This document shows, one piece after another, positions 1 to 8,944 of a stretch of 56,879 nucleotides of DNA. The notes beneath the pieces are model-generated. The model was not told where the DNA came from. It saw nothing but the letters and a program-made list of their open reading frames with translations, and made no database searches. This DNA comes from Candidatus Kaiserbacteria bacterium. Its GTDB lineage: Bacteria; Patescibacteriota; Minisyncoccia; Phycocordibacterales; JABMNX01. The first letter of the stretch is position 1. Each line of letters opens with the position of its first letter. The stretch lies in NCBI GenBank assembly GCA_016186705.1, contig JACPLB010000007.1:1-56879 (forward strand), read 5' to 3'. The position numbers and the translations under genes are program-made.

Positions 1-1200
1 GTTGTTACCGACAAAGGATTTATACCCGAAGAAATACGCATTGAACCGGGAGACACGATAACTTGGGTAAATACGGGAAAGCAAAAGCATTGGCCGGCGT
101 CCGATGACCACATAACTCACGGAAACTACCCGCAAACATCGGAGAGGGACTGTTTAGGCAGTTTATTTGATGCCTGTCGGGGATTTGATCCGGGCGAACA
201 ATGGTCTTTTATTTTTGCGTTTGAAGGTATGTGGAGCTATCACGATCACCTTTCCCCTGAAATAACCGGGACGGTTTTTGTGGAGCGGGAGAAAAAACGT
301 TTAATCAGGTTCCTTGACGCACAACAGGGTAGCTTTTCCGCTGAACCCCGCATTAAGAGCGTCGTGTCGTATATACATAGCCTGTTCAACGTCATGGACG
401 AAGAAGAGTTCAGAGCATTGTCCGAAGACGAACAAAAAAAGTATATTGAAATTTTAGCAAAACAATTACCCGAGAAAGCGTGGCTCTATCTTAATACGGT
501 CGGATTTGAGAATGGCGAGCAGGTTATTGGCGGCCATGAACTGGCACATAGCGTGGGAAGTGCATTGTATAAAAAATACGGAATGCAGGGCTTGAAAACA
601 TGCGGTGAAACATTCGGATACGGATGCTACCACGGGGTTGTAGAGGAATTTATGGAAATCAACAATGTTACTGACGTTACTGCGATTGAACGCGAGTGCG
701 GCAATATATTTCCTGGCGTTGAAGAATTGTTTCCGCGGTGCATTCATGGTATGGCATACCCCTTATTGCTCGAGACACACTTTAACCTGGAGGAGTCACT
801 TCAAAGGTGCGGATTATTGACATCTCAAAACAAAGAGTATTGCGCGGACGGTATTTTTCTTGAATACCCGATTTTTATTCCTCCGGAAGAGATAGAAAAA
901 AGTAATCTCTGGAACATCTGTTCAAATCTGGAAGACGAGCAAAAAGAACGTTGTGCATTCTATCAGCCAAACATAGTACGACAAGCGCTTGGGCTTAATG
1001 TAGAGGAGATTAAAGATATGTGCGTCTCCGCTCCGGAAGAGTATTTAAAAAATGTCTGCGCTCAAAGTACCGGAGTGTTAGTAGCGCATGTAGCGCAAAG
1101 TGACGCCCGTATAAAAGAGTTGTGTGATTTTGGAGCGCGTAAGGTATTGACAGCGGGGTGCCTGACGGCAGCTCAACAGGAACTGTCTCTTCAAAGATAA
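1..1200 (+). CDS. 5'-truncated envelope protein: His-rich cupredoxin-like domain fused to a Cys/His-rich domain (paralog family, type B + type A)
   Basis: Frame +1 is open from base 1 to the TAA at 1198-1200, so tracked ORF 229..1200 is the 3' part of a CDS cut by the window edge. The first ~95 aa (VVTDKGFIPEEIRIEPGDTITWVN..HWPASDDHITHGNYP..WSYHDHLSPEITGTVFVE) are colinear with ORF 2584..2988. The remainder carries GHELAHSVGSALY, GCYHGVV and RCIHGM motifs shared with 1206..2516, 3031..4278 and 4322..5539. Confidence 0.7.
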   Translation, partial: VVTDKGFIPEEIRIEPGDTITWVNTGKQKHWPASDDHITHGNYPQTSERDCLGSLFDACRGFDPGEQWSFIFAFEGMWSYHDHLSPEITGTVFVEREKKRLIRFLDAQQGSFSAEPRIKSVVSYIHSLFNVMDEEEFRALSEDEQKKYIEILAKQLPEKAWLYLNTVGFENGEQVIGGHELAHSVGSALYKKYGMQGLKTCGETFGYGCYHGVVEEFMEINNVTDVTAIERECGNIFPGVEELFPRCIHGMAYPLLLETHFNLEESLQRCGLLTSQNKEYCADGIFLEYPIFIPPEEIEKSNLWNICSNLEDEQKERCAFYQPNIVRQALGLNVEEIKDMCVSAPEEYLKNVCAQSTGVLVAHVAQSDARIKELCDFGARKVLTAGCLTAAQQELSLQR

Positions 1201-1205
1201 TCCTT

Positions 1206-2516
1206 TTATTGCACGTAGAGAGTCTGTTTGCACATTATGTCGTATGCCGTTGGAACCTGTGTGCAAAATTCCCGTCGGTATGCAACATCCGATATATAGA
1301 AATTGACTTCGTTAATAAGGCGTTCAAAACAAAAACCTTGCCGTTTTTGACTGTCAATCACGCGGCACAGTCGTATCGCAACCAACGAATCGTTCTCCCC
1401 TCCCCAGTACAGCGACTTTACCGCGGAATTAATGCAGGAGAGAATGCCGTCTTCATGCTCGGCAAGCGTGCACCAGTCATACACTGTTTTTAATTGCTGC
1501 GCGTTCATGCGCTCTATGTTTCTTACGTCTCTGTCATTCGCAAGTACGGTGAATTCTTTCCCAAATCCTCCGAAACATGCATCTCGATTAAACGTATCTT
1601 CTTCGGGAATCACGTCACATAACTGAAACGCACCCTCGAAATCCCTCGGTGTCGGATTGCCAAGGTCCCCTCCCGCTGCTTCAAAAAGGTGCGGGGTAAG
1701 ATAGAGATAGCAGATTGCCCGTACCTCTACGGGCATAAAATCAGCATTGCAGGGGTAGAGCGCGTCGTTTTCTTTAAAATATTCTTTTGATTTTTCAATT
1801 CGCACCGCTTTGTCATGCACCCCCCCAATCATTTCCATAGCAGTGCCGCCGACACATTCCATATATTCGCGGTTGTTGTATTCTGGCGTTCCTGTTTTTT
1901 TGCAGAGAAGAACTGCCTTTTCTAGTTCATAATCCGTATATGCGAGAACTCCGTGCCCAAGACCATGGAAGCACATTGTATATGCCCCGCTTCCACCGGG
2001 TGCTTTGCGGCAAATCTCGGAAATGTCAGAAAGTGCTTCCTCCCCTTTCTCCAAAAGTGTTCCGATGACAATCGAGTGAGAGCAGGCATTTCTAAAATCA
2101 TCCGTACAAATTGAAATACCCTTCAATCCTTGCTGTTTGTACAATTCGTCCCCGATGATGTGCCCTAACAGATGAATATCGATATTTGTCGGTAGCGACG
2201 CTTGTGCGAGAACCGTAAACGCATATTCTGCACTTTCTTTTTCCGCCAGATTTTTAAAATATTGAGAAATGTCTCCAAATGACGCGTTTTTTCTGGTCAG
2301 TTCGCGCACATCATTTTGTATCGCACTATTTCGTAACGCCTCACTTCGTCCAGACAAGAAAAATAATCCGGTAAGAGTTAAAAAAAGTATGAAAAGGACT
2401 GCAACTTTTTTGAAAACATATGCATATCTCTTTGCGCCCATGTCTCTATGCGCTGTCATATATTTTTGCATGATAGATAGCATACGTGAATATTTCTTGA
2501 GAGTCGAACAAAACAA
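1206..2516 (-). CDS. Membrane-anchored Cys/His-rich protein (paralog family type A), function unknown
   Basis: 436-aa ORF with an N-terminal hydrophobic anchor (VAVLFILFLTLTGLFFL). Motifs IHLLGHIIGDELYK, CSHSIVIG and CFHGLGHG plus many spaced Cys are shared with the other three paralogs. Several in-frame Met codons make the exact start uncertain. Confidence 0.65.
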   Translation of the reverse strand: MFCSTLKKYSRMLSIMQKYMTAHRDMGAKRYAYVFKKVAVLFILFLTLTGLFFLSGRSEALRNSAIQNDVRELTRKNASFGDISQYFKNLAEKESAEYAFTVLAQASLPTNIDIHLLGHIIGDELYKQQGLKGISICTDDFRNACSHSIVIGTLLEKGEEALSDISEICRKAPGGSGAYTMCFHGLGHGVLAYTDYELEKAVLLCKKTGTPEYNNREYMECVGGTAMEMIGGVHDKAVRIEKSKEYFKENDALYPCNADFMPVEVRAICYLYLTPHLFEAAGGDLGNPTPRDFEGAFQLCDVIPEEDTFNRDACFGGFGKEFTVLANDRDVRNIERMNAQQLKTVYDWCTLAEHEDGILSCINSAVKSLYWGGENDSLVAIRLCRVIDSQKRQGFCFERLINEVNFYISDVAYRREFCTQVPTAYDIMCKQTLYVQ

Positions 2517-2545
2517 TGAGGGTATATGTACATTCTCGATAAAGT

Positions 2546-2574
2546 TTGTTGCTCATGCTATTTGTTGCTAAAAT
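2546..2574 (+). promoter_or_regulatory. Candidate promoter TTGTTG-17-TAAAAT, 9 nt upstream of the cupredoxin-like gene ATG
   Basis: -35 is at 2546-2551, -10 at 2569-2574 and the ATG at 2584. The 9-mer TTTGTTGCT occurs twice (2545-2553, 2561-2569). Confidence 0.3.
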
Positions 2575-2583
2575 AAACATGAG

Positions 2584-2988
2584 ATGAATCGCCAAATAGC
2601 TGAAAAAGCTTGGGTAATTGGAATCATTGCCGTCGCGGGGATAGCCGGTTTGCTGTGGTGGCATAATATCCGCACGATAGATGCGAAGCAAGTGGCTGTA
2701 GATGAGAGAGGAAGAAGTGATGTGTCTATTGTGTTAACTGAAGCGGGATTTGAGCCGCGCTATATACGCATTAACAGCGGAACAGCGGTAACATTCTCTA
2801 CAACCAACCATAAGCCGTTCTGGCCGGCATCGAATCTCCATCCTAGCCATGGGATTTACCCAGAATTCGACCCTCGAAAGCCAATAGATCCTTATGATAA
2901 GTGGTCTTTTACTTTTAACAAAACTGGTACGTGGGGATTCCATGACCATGTTCGTTCTTATTTCAACGGAGTGATATACGTAGAGTAA
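2584..2988 (+). CDS. Membrane-anchored His-rich cupredoxin-like protein (type B domain, stand-alone)
   Basis: 134 aa with an N-terminal TM (AWVIGIIAVAGIAGLLWW). The beta-rich domain has FWPASNLHPSHGIYPEFD and WGFHDH..NGVIYVE, colinear with residues 1-95 of the first CDS. It is cupredoxin/EfeO-like in pattern but lacks the Cys ligand of blue-copper sites. Confidence 0.65.
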   Translation: MNRQIAEKAWVIGIIAVAGIAGLLWWHNIRTIDAKQVAVDERGRSDVSIVLTEAGFEPRYIRINSGTAVTFSTTNHKPFWPASNLHPSHGIYPEFDPRKPIDPYDKWSFTFNKTGTWGFHDHVRSYFNGVIYVE

Positions 2989-3030
2989 GTCTGAAAAACA
3001 AAACATGAACACGTGCGGAGAGGAACGGAA

Positions 3031-4278
3031 ATGAAGCGAGGATATGCCATTGTTGCCATCATGCTTCTTTTTTTGCTTGGTATTGCGGTTTTCAAGATGG
3101 ATGTCGTCCGCGAGGTACGGGCGTATGCACTCCTCTCGGGGTGCGGAGAGGTACCGGAGGGGCAGGAGCAGATTGATTGCATTAATCGCGTCGTGGAGCG
3201 GGAGATAATTGACAAGAGCATTGCCGACGGAATGCGCCTTTTTCCAATCGCATACAATTTTTCAAAGTCCTTTGCGCACAACTGCCATGAGCAGGCGCAT
3301 AAAGCCGGGGATGTAATATATTACAGCCTCTATCGGAACAATATAAATGACGTTTCCAAGATTGATTTCCCGCCCGAAACCATCGTTTGCAACCAGGGTC
3401 TTATTCATGGATTCCTGGAACATTTAACGCAGGATAACCCCGATTCGGCTTTCATACTTAAGGAGTGTGAAGCGTTTAGGAGCCGGTTTAACAGAATGTT
3501 TAACAACGCAGACGTTATTGGTAATCGTTGCTTGAGTCCCGCCGGACACGGTTTTGTATACGCAAACGCGGAGCATGTTCCAAGAGAGAAGTGGGGAGAC
3601 ATCCGTGCGTTTGCGGATGAACCCCTAAAAAAATGCGGTCAACTGGCGGAGCGGGAGAAACAGTTTTGGTGCGCCATCGGCGTCTTTACCACTATTACCA
3701 ACTGGATGGCAAGCCAGGAATACGGACTGTCATTTAATAACGATGATGTAGTGGCGCTCTGCCGTGCATTAAAGCTCGATTCAGGATGGCTTGAGCCGTG
3801 CTATTCCGAAATGATACTGCGGAGCAGCGCGACCGACGTGAACTTGCCAGATTCCTTGCAAGCTATTGTCTCGTCCACGGAGCGCAGTGACGTTAAACGA
3901 ACTTTGTTTTCACTGCTTGTAACCGGCAACATTTCAAGGACAATCACCGAAAATGGAAGGAGTGGGTATCAAGAGACGCTTGGATTGTGCGAGTCGTTCA
4001 ATGATGAGTTCTACGCACTGTGCCTTTCCAACATAATTATGGGGCTTCTCAATCACGGGATTCCCCAACATGAGTATAAAGCCGCGCTTTTGGTCTGCAA
4101 TGAGCCAACAGTAACCCAGCGCAATGCTCGTGATGCCTGCTACCAGAACATCATTGAACAACTTCCCCTCTACTACGCGCAGGAGAAGAGAGGGTTGATT
4201 TGCGGGAAGTTTCCGAAGGATGTGCGAGAGCGGTGCAAGATGTATGTCGCAGACGCTTCAGAAAGAATGGGGAAATAG
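3031..4278 (+). CDS. Membrane-anchored Cys/His-rich protein (paralog family type A), function unknown
   Basis: The tracked ORF begins at GTG 3013. ATG 3031 is preceded by GGAGAGGA (3017-3024) at SD distance, so I prefer 3031. TM anchor YAIVAIMLLFLLGIAVF. Motifs GQEQIDCINRVVEREII, CHEQAHKAGDVIYY, CNQGLIHGFLEH and SPAGHGF. The tracked ORF has 16 Cys. It is roughly 40-45 percent identical by eye to the next gene. Confidence 0.7.
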   Translation: MKRGYAIVAIMLLFLLGIAVFKMDVVREVRAYALLSGCGEVPEGQEQIDCINRVVEREIIDKSIADGMRLFPIAYNFSKSFAHNCHEQAHKAGDVIYYSLYRNNINDVSKIDFPPETIVCNQGLIHGFLEHLTQDNPDSAFILKECEAFRSRFNRMFNNADVIGNRCLSPAGHGFVYANAEHVPREKWGDIRAFADEPLKKCGQLAEREKQFWCAIGVFTTITNWMASQEYGLSFNNDDVVALCRALKLDSGWLEPCYSEMILRSSATDVNLPDSLQAIVSSTERSDVKRTLFSLLVTGNISRTITENGRSGYQETLGLCESFNDEFYALCLSNIIMGLLNHGIPQHEYKAALLVCNEPTVTQRNARDACYQNIIEQLPLYYAQEKRGLICGKFPKDVRERCKMYVADASERMGK

Positions 4279-4321
4279 TGCTATTTCATGTAATCTTATT
4301 ATATAATACAAACATACTATT

Positions 4322-5539
4322 ATGATTAAGGTAGAACGATCGTTTCCTTACATTATTGCAACGTTTGCTCTGGTTCTCGTCATCGGATTTGTTTTCTTTC
4401 AGACAAGTTTTGCGCATGAAATGAAAACGCGTTTCTCGCTGACAGAGTGCCGGAGCGTAACAAACGGACAGGAACAAATCGATTGCATCAATCGGATTAT
4501 AGAGGAGGAAATTATCCGCGGCGACATTGCCGACGGAATGCGCGTATTTAAATCCGCATACAGCATGTTTCCGCCCTTTGCAAACGACTGCCATAATCAG
4601 GCGCACCGTATAGGAGACTTTATATACTACAAAATATACCTGAATGATAAAGATATATCGAAAATTCATTTCCCCTCCGAAACAAACGGGTGCAAATTGG
4701 GTGTTTTCCACGGCTTTTTTGAACATTTATTCCAAGACAATCCGAATCCCCTCTTCGTCACTGAAATATGCGAAAATTTTAAACAGAGCCCCATTGAAGG
4801 AGTGAATCCTGCCGTGATGGGATATACCTGCTACAACGGGAGCGGGCATGGTTTTCAATTGGCTTTTGCCGCGGAAGTGCCGGAAGCAATGTGGGGTAAT
4901 CCTAAGGCGCTTGTCCAAAAGCCGCTGCAGTACTGCGAACGACTTAGATATATAAACGAACATGTAACCGAGACAGACAAGGAAACCTGCATAGAAGGTA
5001 TCTTTTCATACATCATAAGCTGGATGAAGAGCGGAGAGTACGGCCTCTCGTATGACAATAAAGACCCGTTTTCCTTATGCCACACTTTAAACCAGGACCG
5101 ACGCTCTTCATGTTATCGAGGGATGTTGCCGGGACCGACATCCACTCCAGCAGTAAGTCCGGAGGTTATTACACGCCTTCTTGAGCCCATAGGAGACAAG
5201 GACGTGAGACTTTGGCTTTTTGAGGTAAGCATCTCCAATAATGTCTCGAATACCGTCGGGGCAAAAATCAATACCGATGGCAAAAATTGGTATAAAGAAA
5301 CGCTCGCAGAGTGTGAACCGTTTGATGCAGAGCTCTACAATAGATGCATGTCAGGCATTGTGAGGGGTATTCTTGCCCACGTGAAACCGGAAGAAGAATA
5401 CTCGTCCGTGCGTATGCTGTGCGAAGAGCCGACTGTGGTACAGCGAGGAGCAGAAGATAAATGCCGCCAGAGCGTCCAGTACTGGATGGATTATTTGTAC
5501 ACACCGCAAGAAGTGCTCTCTATCAAAGAAAAAGCGTGA
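4322..5539 (+). CDS. Membrane-anchored Cys/His-rich protein (paralog family type A), tandem duplicate of 3031..4278
   Basis: 405 aa with TM anchor IIATFALVLVIGFVFF. Motifs GQEQIDCINRIIEEEII, CHNQAHRIGDFIYY, CKLGVFHGFFEH and GSGHGF are colinear with the upstream paralog. Ends with TGA at 5537-5539. Confidence 0.7.
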   Translation: MIKVERSFPYIIATFALVLVIGFVFFQTSFAHEMKTRFSLTECRSVTNGQEQIDCINRIIEEEIIRGDIADGMRVFKSAYSMFPPFANDCHNQAHRIGDFIYYKIYLNDKDISKIHFPSETNGCKLGVFHGFFEHLFQDNPNPLFVTEICENFKQSPIEGVNPAVMGYTCYNGSGHGFQLAFAAEVPEAMWGNPKALVQKPLQYCERLRYINEHVTETDKETCIEGIFSYIISWMKSGEYGLSYDNKDPFSLCHTLNQDRRSSCYRGMLPGPTSTPAVSPEVITRLLEPIGDKDVRLWLFEVSISNNVSNTVGAKINTDGKNWYKETLAECEPFDAELYNRCMSGIVRGILAHVKPEEEYSSVRMLCEEPTVVQRGAEDKCRQSVQYWMDYLYTPQEVLSIKEKA

Positions 5540-5638
5540 TGCTATCAAACGCGGGGGCGAGGAGGGTGGAATGAAACAAGAAAGAAATTAAAAGATTAAT
5601 GTAAAGTAACGACTTCGTAGCTTCGCTTTGAGAAGTTT

Positions 5639-8600
5639 TTATTTCCGAATCTTATTTTTTATACCCAAGATAAATCCTTTCCAGCCGTCACTTTGGTCAG
5701 GACGGATATTCGGCCAGCTCTCCGCGTCAAAGCGGTCAGCAATGAGGCGGAGCGATACTGAACCCGCGACGGAGCTTGAGATGGTGAGTTTATTTTCATC
5801 AATGCCCTCTGTGTAAAATATTCTTCCGTCAAACCCGGGGGTAAGGTTCACGAGGAGATTCTCCCACTTCTCACCAAAGTCGGTAACCTGGTAAAAGAGC
5901 CAAAGGTCAGAGCCGCTCTCAAGTGCGTCAAAGTCAATAACATATTCAAAATAGCCGGATTCTTCGTTGAGTTCCGTAAGTTCGATTTTAGCTACCGCCT
6001 CTTCTTTGATGCCGATAGTGGAGTGTCCATACGTCGCATACTTCGTCTCGCCAATGGTATAGACCGGGTCAATAGTGCCGACGTCGAGTTTCCCTAAGAT
6101 AATAATGTCACCGGCAAACGTTGAGGTTGCCGTACCGAGTACTGGGGAGCCGCCGCCGGCAATGTAAATGTTGTTTAAAACGCCAAGCTGTTGTGACGGA
6201 GAGGACGTGCCGATGCCGACGTTCGTCTCGACAATGAGATTACCAGTACCCGCGACTGTCGTACCTGATGGACACGCACCGCCCGCACAGACGTAGAGGT
6301 TGTCGTCGTTGAGACGTACGTCATTCCCCGACGGATTAATGATAAGGTCTCCGACCGAATCGACCTGAAAGTCAGTGAACTGGCTATTATCGTACGCAAG
6401 GCGATACTGCGCCGAAGAGACGGTGTCGGTTACGGAGAGGCGGGTGCTCGGTGAAGTCGTCCCGATGCCGACGTTCCCCCCATAGGGGTTGAGCAATACG
6501 TCGTTTATGGTGCCAAGCCCGGAGATAATCAGGTCTCCAATTGAAGACGCGAGCGGTCCTCCCAAGGTTGATGTTGCGGTTGTGGTTGCGGTGAAATACG
6601 CCGCAACGGTTTCCCCGACGACGGAAAGTTTCGCATATGGAGAGGTGGTGCCAACACCGACGTTTCCGGTAAAGTCAGCGTTTCCCGAGACCGTCAGCGT
6701 ATTTGACGGCGATGCGGTGCCGATGCCAACCCGATTCGTGCTGAAGTCATAGACAAGCCCGGACGTTTCAACGGTAAGTCCTCCGGCAAACGTGGACGTC
6801 GCAGAACCCCCCTGTACGATAAGCGCCTGCGTTGTGGTGCTGTACCCAACCGTGGTTAACCCACCTGCAGATATCGTTGAGGATGCTTGGGAGATGAAAC
6901 CATTCGCGAATGTCGCAAGACCGGAGAGATTCAATGTATTAAAGGTTGCAAGACTTGTCGCGGTAAGGTTCGTTGACGTGAGAAGTCCATTAATAAGCGC
7001 GTTACCCTCAACTGAAAGTTGAGTGGAGGGCGAACTTGTCCCAATTCCAAACTTGCCTTGAGAATCAAGAATGAGCGCCGTTGAGGTTGCGTTACTTGCA
7101 GTTGTCGTTGAAATGGCAAAGAGAGGCGTCGTTGCGCCGGCGACGCCGGCGACGGAGAGGCGCGCGTACGGAGTTGTCGTCCCGACACCGAAGTTCCCGG
7201 CGACCGTCGAGACCGACGTCTGACCGGTGACCGTCAAAGTGCCGTTAATCGTCGTGACGTCGGTAATGGAGTCACCCAAGGTGGTGTTCCCCTCGACCGA
7301 GAAGGTGGAGGCGGTCGTCTGCGCTAAGGTGACGTCGCCGATCGAGGTGAGGTTGTTCACGAAGACGTCTCCCTCCGCGTCGACGAGGAACTTGACGGAG
7401 CTCCCCACTGCGGCGGAGATGAGGTTACTGTCGGCGATGGCGGAGGCGGGGTTCAGGACCAGGGTGGCGTCGAGGAATGCACTCCCTGCCGTTCCAATCG
7501 CCCACGGAGAGAAGGTGTGGGGCAAGGTCGGCGCGTGGGTGAGGAGAAACCGGCTGGCGATAGTTGAGGTCGCGATGGTGGAGGTCGCGTGGAAGTACTC
7601 GGCGACGACGGGGCCGACCACCGAGAGTTTCGCGTAGGGCGTTGTCGTGCCGATGCCGACGTTTCCCGTCGTTGCGTCAACGATGAAGTTCGCCAAGGAC
7701 GAGTCGCCGGAGACCGAGAGCGAGGCGGCGCTCAAAGCCCCGCTGAACGAACCAGACGTGCCGGAGAAGGAGGTGGAGCCGGAGATGGTGCCGTCGGTGA
7801 AGGACGAGTTTCGAATGGTGACGTTCCCGAGGTCATCGATTTTGCTCGTCTGGGAGATGGCGTGGTAGTTGTTGACGATCTGGGTCGCATTCTCCGAGGA
7901 GAGGCGGTAGATTTCAGAAGAAAGTTTGTTATTCAACTGTTCAAGCAGTTGGGTAACGTACGATTCGGTAATGCCTGCTTGAACGACGACTTCGCGGGTC
8001 TCAATGACACGTTCGACGGGAGGTTGTTCAACAGCAGTGAGTGTACCTTCGCTCATTCCTAAGGGTGAAGATGGTTGCGTGAGTCCACCGCTGGTCCCAT
8101 TGGTGGTGTCAAGAAGCGCCTCGCGTGCCCGTTTAAGTTCCGGTGACTCTTCCGGCATGAGCGCGGTAACAAAGATGTCCTTGTCGTCGTTCCCGAACCA
8201 GGAGGCAATAGTAGTACGCACTTTTGACACAAGACGGTTAAATAATTCAGGAATATCGGAGATGCTGATTGCAGCAAGAGAATCGGGAAAGTTTGTTGCC
8301 GCAATCTCTATTTGCTCGAGTGCGTGAATAGAGAGGTCATTCGCGCGAGAGAGCGTCTCGCGAATTGAAAGTTCTCTGATGTCGTTAGGCGCTGTTTTGA
8401 GTGTCTTTAACATAACAGCGACTTCTTCACCGGTTGCATAGAGAGCATTGCGTCCTTTTATCCCCACATGTTCCTGAACAATGCTATACGCATGTTGGAG
8501 ATTTGACACACGCAGAGAATCTTTCACGGCGTATGCCCCGAATACAAACGTGACCGCGAAAACAAAGGCGAGCGTCTTTTGATAAAACGCGGACGGCATG

Positions 8601-8914
8601 GCCGTTGAGAAGAAGTTGAGAGAAGCAATATCTTCTATCTCCTTCTCTTCAACAAGCCTTCGGTATGTCTTTCTTCGCTCTTGAGAGAGCAATTCATAGT
8701 TTCCGTTTTTTGCGTGCTCTTGCGCTTTAATGAAGCGAAGGAAGGGGTCTGCTTCTACATACCACGCCTTGCCAATCTTCTTTCCGGGGATTTTCCCATC
8801 GCGACAGAGACGCGAAATGTAGTCATGAGTATAGCCGGTATAATCTCCGGCTTCCTTTGAAGACAAGTGTTTAACGTTATTTAAAAAGACACCGTTTGAC
8901 ATATGTTCGCTCAC
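5639..8914 (-). CDS. Membrane-tethered HTH (excisionase/MerR-like, HTH_17-type) protein with a large extracytoplasmic fibre-like repeat domain
   Basis: 1091-aa ORF (GTG 8914; first ATG at 8902). aa 15-60, LSSKEAGDYTGYTHDYISRLCRDGKIPGKKIGKAWYV, matches the HTH_17 pattern. Single TM at aa ~107-130 (AFYQKTLAFVFAVTFVFGAYAV). aa 417-913 is Gly/Thr/Ser/Val-rich with seven tail-fibre-like repeats. Confidence 0.8.
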   Translation of the reverse strand: MSEHMSNGVFLNNVKHLSSKEAGDYTGYTHDYISRLCRDGKIPGKKIGKAWYVEADPFLRFIKAQEHAKNGNYELLSQERRKTYRRLVEEKEIEDIASLNFFSTAMPSAFYQKTLAFVFAVTFVFGAYAVKDSLRVSNLQHAYSIVQEHVGIKGRNALYATGEEVAVMLKTLKTAPNDIRELSIRETLSRANDLSIHALEQIEIAATNFPDSLAAISISDIPELFNRLVSKVRTTIASWFGNDDKDIFVTALMPEESPELKRAREALLDTTNGTSGGLTQPSSPLGMSEGTLTAVEQPPVERVIETREVVVQAGITESYVTQLLEQLNNKLSSEIYRLSSENATQIVNNYHAISQTSKIDDLGNVTIRNSSFTDGTISGSTSFSGTSGSFSGALSAASLSVSGDSSLANFIVDATTGNVGIGTTTPYAKLSVVGPVVAEYFHATSTIATSTIASRFLLTHAPTLPHTFSPWAIGTAGSAFLDATLVLNPASAIADSNLISAAVGSSVKFLVDAEGDVFVNNLTSIGDVTLAQTTASTFSVEGNTTLGDSITDVTTINGTLTVTGQTSVSTVAGNFGVGTTTPYARLSVAGVAGATTPLFAISTTTASNATSTALILDSQGKFGIGTSSPSTQLSVEGNALINGLLTSTNLTATSLATFNTLNLSGLATFANGFISQASSTISAGGLTTVGYSTTTQALIVQGGSATSTFAGGLTVETSGLVYDFSTNRVGIGTASPSNTLTVSGNADFTGNVGVGTTSPYAKLSVVGETVAAYFTATTTATSTLGGPLASSIGDLIISGLGTINDVLLNPYGGNVGIGTTSPSTRLSVTDTVSSAQYRLAYDNSQFTDFQVDSVGDLIINPSGNDVRLNDDNLYVCAGGACPSGTTVAGTGNLIVETNVGIGTSSPSQQLGVLNNIYIAGGGSPVLGTATSTFAGDIIILGKLDVGTIDPVYTIGETKYATYGHSTIGIKEEAVAKIELTELNEESGYFEYVIDFDALESGSDLWLFYQVTDFGEKWENLLVNLTPGFDGRIFYTEGIDENKLTISSSVAGSVSLRLIADRFDAESWPNIRPDQSDGWKGFILGIKNKIRK
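6179..7666 (-). repeat. Seven coding repeats of the motif [GN]-x-[VF]-G-[IV]-G-T-x-x-P-x-x-x-L-x-V within the fibre-like protein
   Basis: Copies: GNVGIGTTTPYAKLSVVG (aa 417), GNFGVGTTTPYARLSVAG (573), GKFGIGTSSPSTQLSVEG (620), NRVGIGTASPSNTLTVSG (727), GNVGVGTTSPYAKLSVVG (749), GNVGIGTTSPSTRLSVTD (813), TNVGIGTSSPSQQLGVLN (897). DNA-level copies are diverged. Confidence 0.8.
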
Positions 8915-8944
8915 ACGAATTACCTATATTTTACAACCATTTTT

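Noticed and set aside
535-549. An HExxH zinc-metalloprotease motif (HELAH here; HEQAH in ORF 3031..4278)
   Set aside because: The Glu is not conserved among the four paralogs (HLLGH and HNQAH in the others), and no downstream third ligand motif typical of zincins was seen. The conserved feature is H-x3-H, so a protease call is not justified.
7589-8062. A 157-aa Arg/Gly-rich plus-strand ORF, and several other 60-140-aa ORFs on both strands, inside 6175-8327
   Set aside because: All lie within or antisense to the GC-rich, repeat-bearing fibre gene. Their low-complexity R/G/P/S-rich translations are what a GC-rich Gly/Thr/Val-coding frame gives in alternate frames. The 1091-aa frame has clear domain structure.
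5639-8914. The fibre-like protein as a diversity-generating retroelement target
   Set aside because: The window contains no reverse transcriptase gene and no template-repeat copy of the C-terminal region. The repeats are diverged coding repeats, not an A-mutagenised TR/VR pair.
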